This document shows positions 57,200 to 64,000 of a stretch of 64,000 bases of DNA, piece after piece. Both the position numbers and the translations under genes were made by a program. The stretch's first letter is position 1. The number at the start of each line of letters is the position of its first letter. Source of the DNA: an uncultured Verrucomicrobiae bacterium (GTDB lineage: Bacteria > Verrucomicrobiota > Verrucomicrobiia > Limisphaerales > UBA11358). The stretch lies in the NCBI GenBank assembly GCA_963804345.1, contig CAWDPX010000017.1, positions 30,673 through 94,672 of the forward strand. The letters are read 5' to 3'. Below the pieces are notes generated by a model. It saw only the letters and a program-made list of their open reading frames with translations. It was not told the origin of the DNA and made no database searches.

Positions 57200-58204
57200 T
57201 TAGTCAGAGATGTCATTCCCAGGCTGGAGACTGTAAAATTCACTTCCCCACTGAAACGGTTGAAGCGTGTTAAAAATGGTGGTGTTGACCGCATGGCCGT
57301 CGGCAAAAATAAAATTGCTGGAGCGCGAACTAACGAGTCCTTTGTGCTGATGATTGCGTCCGACCCAGTCCAGCCAAGGCAGGCTGGCTCCGGGAAGCGA
57401 AGGCTCGGCAACTATGTCGGCGGGCGTAAACCGGCGCATCGCCGCCCAGCAGGGCCGTTTGCAACCAAACAGGCGCGTGTCGCACCGATTGTTGACTGCG
57501 GCCGGCCCCAGCCCGCTGAAACCATGGACCGGCAGATAACTACGACACACCAGATTTCCGGACGCACCTACTAACAGTCGCCAGTCCGTAGTCCATTCAG
57601 TAGCCATGACTGTGCCGGCAGGGTTGTCCACCGAGGAATCGCGCACGTAGCGGCATGGCCGGCAGGCTCCCTGAAAGCCGATGACAAAATGGTTGGCTGG
57701 AAAGAGCGCCTGATTGACGGTAAAGGCGCAGCGTTTGGCCTGCTCATCCACGACGCCGGGTGTCTCGTCGTGCTGGCCATTCTCCAGATTGTCCGCTTCG
57801 GTGTTGGCCGGAGGCAACCCGCCCCGATTGAAGGCGGGACAGTGCAACGATTGCTCGGTGGCCAGTCCCTGACTCATCAGCACTCCCGACCAATGCACAT
57901 ATCCCTGCGTTGGCTGGTTCGGCGTCTCAATTCCATGGCCGATACTCATGCCGCGATAAGAAAACGCGGCGGGATAAAAGCTCTCGTTGTCCGAGGAGTA
58001 GATGGCAAATGCCCTGCCCAGGGAGGACTGGTTGGCCAGACATTGAATTTGCAACGCCCTCGCTTTGGTCGAGCAAAGCGCCGGCAGAAGCAGCGAAGCC
58101 AGCACACCGATGATGGCGATGACAACGAGCAGTTCGAGCAGGGTAAACGCGCGCCGCCGGGTGCAAGCCAGTTTCATGGCATCCTGATTGTCGGATCGCT
58201 TCAT
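57200..58204 (-). CDS. Prepilin-type N-methylation protein with an H-X9-DG motif (DUF1559-like)
   Basis: AFTLLELLVVIAIIGVLASLLLPAL, C..N, and H..SNFIFADGH. Confidence 0.9.
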   Translation of the reverse strand: MKRSDNQDAMKLACTRRRAFTLLELLVVIAIIGVLASLLLPALCSTKARALQIQCLANQSSLGRAFAIYSSDNESFYPAAFSYRGMSIGHGIETPNQPTQGYVHWSGVLMSQGLATEQSLHCPAFNRGGLPPANTEADNLENGQHDETPGVVDEQAKRCAFTVNQALFPANHFVIGFQGACRPCRYVRDSSVDNPAGTVMATEWTTDWRLLVGASGNLVCRSYLPVHGFSGLGPAAVNNRCDTRLFGCKRPCWAAMRRFTPADIVAEPSLPGASLPWLDWVGRNHQHKGLVSSRSSNFIFADGHAVNTTIFNTLQPFQWGSEFYSLQPGNDISD

Positions 58205-58205
58205 G

Positions 58206-59267
58206 TCAGATGTTCATCATTGCTCCAGTTTGGCGGGCGTCATATCCCGGCAATTCGCTGATCAGGCGGCGGTGGTTGCGGCTGCGCAATAATCGGACGA
58301 GAGCCTGGATGCGCGGGTCGTGTTGGAACGCGGTGGAAAAACACAAATCCAAAGCTTCCTTCCGCACCGGCAGAAAATTTAATCCGGCTTCGTCGGCACT
58401 GAAGCGCACGCAAACGCCCGCCTCCGCCCAGCCCGCGCGCACGGCCTCGGCCACCGCCGCGTGACCTTTCACCTCGCGCCCGGCGAAATGCCGTTTGCCG
58501 AGCAGTTCATCCAAGCATTCGCGCGCCGCCGAACCGGATTCGCGCGCCGCCCAGCGCAACGGACGCCGAGCCACGGATTCCGCTGAACGCGAACGATCGT
58601 CCGCCGCCAGTGCGATACCGGATTCCCATTTTGCAACGCGGAGCAGTCGGCAATCGCCGCCGAACTGCTCCCGCACGGTCTCAGCATTGCGTTCCGGCGA
58701 TTCATCTGTGGAATAATGCAGTCCCGCGACATGAACCAGCCGTTGCCGCAACAATTCCAACGCGCTGCGTCCACCACGAGGAAACACAAGCAATCGGAAA
58801 CCGGACGCCCGCGCGTATTCCGCTGCCAGCAAACCCGCCGCCGGATCACAGCACGCCATCACCAGCGTTGTTTCCGCCACCGCCGGACCACTCTCGCGCA
58901 ACACGCCGTTTTGCCAGACGCCGTCATGCGGCGTAGGATTCAAGGTCACCGCCTCGACCGGATACAGCCGCCGCCGTGAATTCACGCTGGCTTCCCAATA
59001 GCGGCACGTTTCGGCGCGCGGCAGCCACGCCCAGTCAGGCCCGGTCAAAACGGGTGTTGCCGGACGGCCAAACAATTCTTCGACCGAACACTCGAACACC
59101 GCCGCCAGCGCCAAGGCCGTCGCAACCGACGGTGATAGACGTTCGCCCTCGATGGCGCTGACCGCCGCGCGCGAGATGCCGGCGCGTTCAGCCAGTTCCG
59201 CTTGCGACCATTCGCGCGCCAACCGCCGTGCCAGCACCGGGTTGGACGATATGATTCTGTCGTTCAT
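58206..59267 (-). CDS. XRE-HTH + PBP-like (molybdate-binding type) regulator
   Basis: WSQAELAERAGISRAAVSAIE, CCDPA, HVAGLH, RESGSAAR, HAAVAEAV..G.AEAGV and LPGYD. Confidence 0.85.
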   Translation of the reverse strand: MNDRIISSNPVLARRLAREWSQAELAERAGISRAAVSAIEGERLSPSVATALALAAVFECSVEELFGRPATPVLTGPDWAWLPRAETCRYWEASVNSRRRLYPVEAVTLNPTPHDGVWQNGVLRESGPAVAETTLVMACCDPAAGLLAAEYARASGFRLLVFPRGGRSALELLRQRLVHVAGLHYSTDESPERNAETVREQFGGDCRLLRVAKWESGIALAADDRSRSAESVARRPLRWAARESGSAARECLDELLGKRHFAGREVKGHAAVAEAVRAGWAEAGVCVRFSADEAGLNFLPVRKEALDLCFSTAFQHDPRIQALVRLLRSRNHRRLISELPGYDARQTGAMMNI

Positions 59268-59323
59268 GGTTATTATCGTGTCACTCCGGGGCAAATAAAA
59301 ATGCCGCCGGACTAAAGTGCTTT

Positions 59324-59340
59324 TGCAACTGCGATGCCAA
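59324..59340 (-). promoter_or_regulatory. Sigma54 (-24/-12) promoter
   Basis: Minus strand TTGGCAT-CGCAG-TTGCA matches TGGCAY-N5-TTGCW, about 55 bp upstream of the regulator ATG. Confidence 0.75.
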
Positions 59341-59507
59341 GCAGTTGAACTTTCTAACGAAGCGGACAAACCCCTTGTGAAACAAAGTGTTTATCGTGAT
59401 TGGAATGTTTCCGGCGAAAAAATCCCGCCGGAAAAATCCTACCTGAATGAAGTTTTTAACCCGAAAGCTACGCCGATGTGACTTTGTTGGCGGCGCGCAA
59501 ATCTGCT

Positions 59508-60302
59508 TCACCTCACCGCAAACGCATGCCACACGGCCAGGCCGGCGAGCAGCAATGCGGGCGCGGCGACAAGGCAGATGCGCCAGAGCCGTTGCTGCGC
59601 GCCGGGGGTGGTGGTGAATCCCAAAACTTCCGCACCGGTGGCGATGCCGTTGGCGAGGTGATACACCGCCGCAATCATGCCGAGCAGGTAAAATTCCGCG
59701 AAGAGCAGGTTGCCCGGATGACCGGCGGGCAATCCGTGCCAGAACTGCCAGATGGCCTGCGACGCCGAGTTGAAGGCGTTGCGCGGATCGAACCGCCCGC
59801 CGAACCAGCGGTGCAGTGTGCCGATGTGGAAAGCGATGAACACCAGTAGAATCAAGGCGCTGACGCGTTGCAACCACTGGCGCAGGTCGCTGCCATGATG
59901 ATGCTTCTCCACGCCGAATTTTAATTTTTCGCGCCCCAGCGTCCGCAGGCCAAGCGCGACATGAATCGTCAAGGGAATGAAAATCAAACCAATTTCCAGT
60001 ACTGGCAACGCCGCGCCCAGGCCGTGAATGCGGTTCACCGCCGATTGAAACCGCGCCGGCCACAGACCGAGCAGGTTGACGGCGAGGTGCAACACCAGAA
60101 ATCCGCCAAGCACAAAGCCGCTCCAAGCGAGGTAATGGCGCGGGCAGGTGCGACCGCTGCAACCGCATTCCTGCACGGCCTCCTCACCGAATTTCAAGTC
60201 AAGGATGGCACGCGCGTCAGGCAGCGCGGCACGGCGACCATGACCGCCGCAGCCACAGGAACTTTTTCGGCAGCCGGATTTGGGAGCAGTTTCAACGCAC
60301 AT
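59508..60302 (-). CDS. SdhC-like cytochrome b558 subunit with a Cys-rich N terminus (orphan)
   Basis: FLVLHLAVN, PLTIHVALG, LQRVSA..FIAFHI and YHLANG give four heme-ligand-like His in five TM segments. Confidence 0.75.
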   Translation of the reverse strand: MCVETAPKSGCRKSSCGCGGHGRRAALPDARAILDLKFGEEAVQECGCSGRTCPRHYLAWSGFVLGGFLVLHLAVNLLGLWPARFQSAVNRIHGLGAALPVLEIGLIFIPLTIHVALGLRTLGREKLKFGVEKHHHGSDLRQWLQRVSALILLVFIAFHIGTLHRWFGGRFDPRNAFNSASQAIWQFWHGLPAGHPGNLLFAEFYLLGMIAAVYHLANGIATGAEVLGFTTTPGAQQRLWRICLVAAPALLLAGLAVWHAFAVR

Positions 60303-60324
60303 GGGAAATCAGCCGGCAGTCATT

Positions 60325-60849
60325 TCATTGACGCGTGGTCGCCTTGCCGTGCTGCGCTTGAACGACCGTCGCGCCGAGTTGCAGCGAGGTCGCGTCCCAC
60401 TTCCAGTCGCCACCACCAGGGCCGCCGGTGAGCGCAAGCATTTCGCCGAGCAATTTGGGCTGGGCCGGCGGTGTAATTTCAAATTTCCCGGCGAATTCCG
60501 CCGCGTTGCCGCCAATTTCCCGGTCTATCACCACGGAAAAATCCAGCGCCAGTTGCGTGGAGGTGTCGCAGCAACTGCCGTGAATCCGCGCGAGTTCGTA
60601 CAGGCAGACGCTTGTGGCGTCGCGGCCTGTGACATCAAACAAAACCGCAAATGCGTCGCTGGCCGGCGCAATTCCGGCGAGCTTCGGCAACGCGGCTGCG
60701 TCGAGTTTCCAGCTCTGCGTTTCGGAATCGCTCAACGTCTTAACGTGCCGCGCGATGAGGCCGTCGCGCCCGCTGAGCTTGAGCGGCTGGATTTTTTCGT
60801 AGCGGACGGTTTTGCCGTCGGCGGTTTTTTTATAGATCAGGAAGGCCAT
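60325..60849 (-). CDS. Hypothetical protein coupled to nifV
   Basis: 174-aa ORF overlapping the nifV 3' end. Confidence 0.7.
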   Translation of the reverse strand: MAFLIYKKTADGKTVRYEKIQPLKLSGRDGLIARHVKTLSDSETQSWKLDAAALPKLAGIAPASDAFAVLFDVTGRDATSVCLYELARIHGSCCDTSTQLALDFSVVIDREIGGNAAEFAGKFEITPPAQPKLLGEMLALTGGPGGGDWKWDATSLQLGATVVQAQHGKATTRQ

Positions 60850-61969
60850 GGTTTTTCTTTAAATTGGCAACCAAGGTTTTGAGTTCGTCGTCGGTGACGG
60901 GAACTTTGCGGCTGATGGCGATGAGCCGGATTTCTTCCAGCAACTCCAGTTGTAATTCCGCCGGCAGGTCCAGGTTCAACTTTTGCAGTTTGTGACGGAG
61001 CAGACCGCCGCCCGAGTGGCGGCCCAGTTGCATGGCGGTGGGAGTATGGCCGACTTCCCCGGCGGCAAACGGCTCGTAGGTTTCGTGGTCAGCCAGCAGC
61101 CCGCTGCAATGAATGCCCGATTCGTGTCGAAACACCGATTCGCCCACCACCGGCTTGTCCGGATCGAGCGGCCGGCCGGAGGCGCGCGCCACCAATTCAC
61201 TCAACCCGACGAGCTGGCGCGTATCCACGCCGCAATCCTGCTTCAAGGTCAGCCGCGTCGCCATCACCACTTCTTCGAGCGAGGCGTTGCCGGCGCGTTC
61301 GCCCAGGCCGTTGACCGTGACACTCGCAGCATTCGCGCCGGCAGCGAGCGCGGCAATGGTGTTCGCCGTCGCCATGCCCAGGTCGTTGTGCCCGTGAAAT
61401 TCCAGGGTCAACTCCGGCACGGCGGCGCGCAAGGTGCCGATGAGATCGCAGGTCTGCAACGGGTTCAAAATGCCAACTGTGTCCGCGATGCGCAGGCGCG
61501 CCAGCCCGGCCTCCCGTGCGGCAAGCGCGAATTCGATCAAAAAGACGCGGTCGGCGCGCGAGGCATCCTGCGCGCCGACGGAAAGGAAGCGGAATGCGTC
61601 GCGAAACTCGGCGGCCAGTTCCGTCATCGTCCGGAAGACCCAATCGTGATCCTTCTTCCAGGCGCGCAGATGAATTTGCGACACCGGCAGTGAAAAATGC
61701 GCTCCATGGACACGGCAACGGGCGGCGGCCAGCAGGTCCAGGCGTTTCGCCCGGCACCAGGTGGTCAGACGCAAGGTCAAGCCCAGGTCGGATACGGTAT
61801 TGATGTCATCCACCTCGCTTCGCCCCATCGCCGGGATGCCGATTTCGATTTCCGGCACACCGGCGCGAGCGAGCGCGATGGCGATGTTTTTTTTCTCCGT
61901 CCGCGAGAAGGCCACTCCGGCGGCCTGTTCGCCGTCGCGCAGCGTGGTGTCAATAAGATGCGGCGTCAT
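60830..61969 (-). CDS. nifV: Homocitrate synthase
   Basis: [43 protein letters not shown] and FRHESGIH, in nif context. Confidence 0.93.
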   Translation of the reverse strand: MTPHLIDTTLRDGEQAAGVAFSRTEKKNIAIALARAGVPEIEIGIPAMGRSEVDDINTVSDLGLTLRLTTWCRAKRLDLLAAARCRVHGAHFSLPVSQIHLRAWKKDHDWVFRTMTELAAEFRDAFRFLSVGAQDASRADRVFLIEFALAAREAGLARLRIADTVGILNPLQTCDLIGTLRAAVPELTLEFHGHNDLGMATANTIAALAAGANAASVTVNGLGERAGNASLEEVVMATRLTLKQDCGVDTRQLVGLSELVARASGRPLDPDKPVVGESVFRHESGIHCSGLLADHETYEPFAAGEVGHTPTAMQLGRHSGGGLLRHKLQKLNLDLPAELQLELLEEIRLIAISRKVPVTDDELKTLVANLKKNHGLPDL

Positions 61970-61981
61970 GGTCGTTTTTTA

Positions 61982-62131
61982 ACCGCGGATGGACACGAAT
62001 AAACCGGTAGGGCGCGTCACTCCGTGCGCGCCGCTGCACGACATTCCACAAACGGCGCGCACGGAGTAACGCGCCCTACCAACAGAATTCAGCCTGGTTT
62101 TCATCCGTGTGAATCCGTGTCTATCCATGGT
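61982..62131. repeat. Nested palindromic element inside the nif cluster
   Basis: Inner GGTAGGGCGCGTCACTCCGTGCGCGCCG / CGGCGCGCACGGAGTAACGCGCCCTACC (62006-62080) within the outer CGGATGGACACG / ATCCGTGT family also seen at 22328. Confidence 0.88.
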
Positions 62132-62140
62132 TTCTTTCGT

Positions 62141-62446
62141 TCAGGCAAACAACGTGGCTGATGGCAATTCGCGTTTTTCCTCCAGGCTGTCAAGGATCGC
62201 CTCGGCGGTTTCGATGGTCGCCTGTTTATACCAGATATTTTCGGGATAAACGACCATCACCGGCCCGCTGTCGCAGATGTTCATGCAGCCGGTGCTGGAA
62301 ATCATTACGTCATCCAGACCGCGATCCTGCACTTCGGTGGTGAGGTGCTGGAGTAGATGTGAGGATTCCTTTTTGTGGCAGACGCCTTGCGCCCCGGTGG
62401 GACGAAAGCTGCCGCAGACAAATATGTGATGATTGGGTTTGCTCAT
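62141..62446 (-). CDS. Thioredoxin-like [2Fe-2S] ferredoxin
   Basis: HHIFVC..C..TGCMNICDSGPVMVVYPENIWY. Confidence 0.9.
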   Translation of the reverse strand: MSKPNHHIFVCGSFRPTGAQGVCHKKESSHLLQHLTTEVQDRGLDDVMISSTGCMNICDSGPVMVVYPENIWYKQATIETAEAILDSLEEKRELPSATLFA

Positions 62447-62479
62447 GTTTTGGTTGTGAGTTGAGGATTGAGGGGAAAA

Positions 62480-63775
62480 TCAGCCGCAGCCGGTTCCGTT
62501 TCCTTTGCACGAAATGCCCGCGCCGCAGCCGGTGAAACGGCGTTTCATCGAGGCCGGAATCGGCTGATTGGCGAACAAGGCTTTCAGCCCATCCTCAATC
62601 AAGCCTTCCATCTCGATGATTTTTAGTCCGTGCGCGGTGAGCGTCTTTTGCGGCGTTGGGCCGGCGGCGTTGACGAGAATCGCGCGGCAGTCTTTCAACG
62701 AATCCGCCAGCATTGCCCAGCGCGCTTCGCCGCCGCCTTCCTCCGGCGTACGGCGGATTTCGACCAATCGGAACGTGCCGGGCAGAGCGGCGTTCGCCTC
62801 GTAAATCGCCAGACGATCGGCCTCGCCCAAATGCTGGTTGACCAGCGCGCCTTCGAGCGTGGCCACGGCAACGTAAGGTCGCGCGGCGTCTTCGGCGGGG
62901 TTCAGGCTCAGGTTGGCGTAGTGTTGCAGCGTGGCGATTTGTTCGGTGGTCACGCTCTCGCCGACGTAGCCCACAGCATCGGCCCGGCAACGGGCGCAAT
63001 GCGTCATCTGCGGCAAAAGCTGTCCGCATTGCAGGCGCAGCCGCGCGACGGCCATGGTGTCCGGTGGCGGCACATCCTCGAACACCGCGCCCTTCACGGG
63101 TACGAGCGGCATGAGATTCATGATGTCCGCGCCGAGGGCGGAAACTTTCTTGGCAATGTCCGGAATATGATCGTCGTTGATGCCCGGCATGATGATGGTG
63201 TTGACCTTGACGACGATGCCGCGCGCCTTGAGCCGGACGAGCGCCTCGATTTGTTTCGCTCCCAGCACCGCCGCGGCTTCCTCGCCGCGCAACGGACGTT
63301 TGCCGTCGCGCACCCAGGCGTAAATCTTGCCGCCAATCACCGGATCCACCGCATTGATGGTGATTGTAATGTGGCTCACCTTCAAATCGGCAATCTCGTT
63401 AACATAAGGCACGACGCCGAGGCCATTGGTGGCCACGCACAAAATCATTTTAGGGAATTTCCGCCGGACCAGCCGCAACGTTTCCATCGTTTCCTGGGGA
63501 CTGGCAAACGGGTCGCCCGGCCCGGCTATGCCCATGACGGCAATTTCGGGCCGCTTCGCCATTACGTCGCCCAGGTAGGCCAGGGCCTGTTGCGGCGTCA
63601 GCACGGTGCTGGTGACGCCGGGGCGGCTTTCATTCAGGCAATCGTATTTGCGATTGCAAAAATTGCACTGGATGTTGCAACGCGGCGCGACCGGCAGATG
63701 GATGCGGCCATATTTCTTGTGCGCATCCTTGCTGAAACAGGGATGGTTGCTGAAATCAATCCTGGTCGCGTTCAT
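62480..63775 (-). CDS. nifB: Nitrogenase cofactor biosynthesis radical SAM protein with a NifX-like C domain
   Basis: HPCF, RIHLPVAPRCNIQCNFCNRKYDC.NESRPG, AGPGDP, C.RCRADA and VNQHLGEA. Confidence 0.97.
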   Translation of the reverse strand: MNATRIDFSNHPCFSKDAHKKYGRIHLPVAPRCNIQCNFCNRKYDCLNESRPGVTSTVLTPQQALAYLGDVMAKRPEIAVMGIAGPGDPFASPQETMETLRLVRRKFPKMILCVATNGLGVVPYVNEIADLKVSHITITINAVDPVIGGKIYAWVRDGKRPLRGEEAAAVLGAKQIEALVRLKARGIVVKVNTIIMPGINDDHIPDIAKKVSALGADIMNLMPLVPVKGAVFEDVPPPDTMAVARLRLQCGQLLPQMTHCARCRADAVGYVGESVTTEQIATLQHYANLSLNPAEDAARPYVAVATLEGALVNQHLGEADRLAIYEANAALPGTFRLVEIRRTPEEGGGEARWAMLADSLKDCRAILVNAAGPTPQKTLTAHGLKIIEMEGLIEDGLKALFANQPIPASMKRRFTGCGAGISCKGNGTGCG

Positions 63776-64000
63776 AGGTAGGCATAACCGACCGTTGAGG
63801 TTTCCTGTTTCACTTCAAGCAGCGCATTGACGATGCGGTCGTAAAGCTCCTGCGCGCCGCGATAGCCCAGGTGCAGCACCCGCTGGCCGCCAATGCGGTC
63901 ATGGATCGGAAAGCCCACGCGGATCAAAGGCACGTTCAACGAACGCGCGATTTGATAGCCTTTGCTGCTGCCAATCATAAAATCGGGTTTGAGCGACGGC
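63772..64000 (-). CDS. nifN: Nitrogenase component-1-type protein C terminus, most like NifN (partial)
   Basis: PDFMIGSSKG..RVGFPIHDRIGGQR..GYRGA, directly upstream of and overlapping nifB. Confidence 0.75.
   Translation of the reverse strand, partial: PSLKPDFMIGSSKGYQIARSLNVPLIRVGFPIHDRIGGQRVLHLGYRGAQELYDRIVNALLEVKQETSTVGYAYL

Noticed and set aside
59341-59500. NifA upstream activator site (TGT-N10-ACA) or ModE box
   Set aside because: Only imperfect matches were found by eye, so neither is supportable. The hairpin at about 59408-59435 lacks a clear U tract on the minus strand.

Overview
High-GC bacterial chromosome segment, most consistent with Verrucomicrobiota (Pedosphaerales/Limisphaerales-like). 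This is inferred from the PEP-CTERM, prepilin/H-X9-DG and TIGR03790-like genes. Layout from left to right: (1) the 3' 13.4 kb of a giant surface protein with 18 near-identical 357-bp DUF11-like repeats, followed by an outer-membrane beta-barrel; (2) a core region (GH106 glycosidase, tatD, MBL hydrolase, recN, tRNA-Glu, HNH, TPR proteins, yjbQ, FG-GAP protein, S1C protease, rpsB-tsf-pyrH, mutM) densely peppered with several families of REP-like palindromes and heptamer-repeat elements, some nested and at least four inserted in frame inside genes; (3) an integrative mobilizable element at tRNA-Asn (frameshifted tyrosine integrase, HTH, MobF relaxase, putative nucleotidyltransferase TA pair); (4) a putative sigma54 operon linking a prepilin-like protein, two paralogous exported proteins, an MFS transporter and trmO to modABC; (5) the tail of a nif cluster (nifN, nifB, ferredoxin, nifV) with an orphan cytochrome b. 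The most novel signals are the coding palindromic insertions, a Thr-Asn motif enriched in several exported proteins, a shared C-terminal sorting-like domain, and the pilin/PEP-CTERM/molybdate operon. All counts and coordinates were made by hand and no database searches were run.
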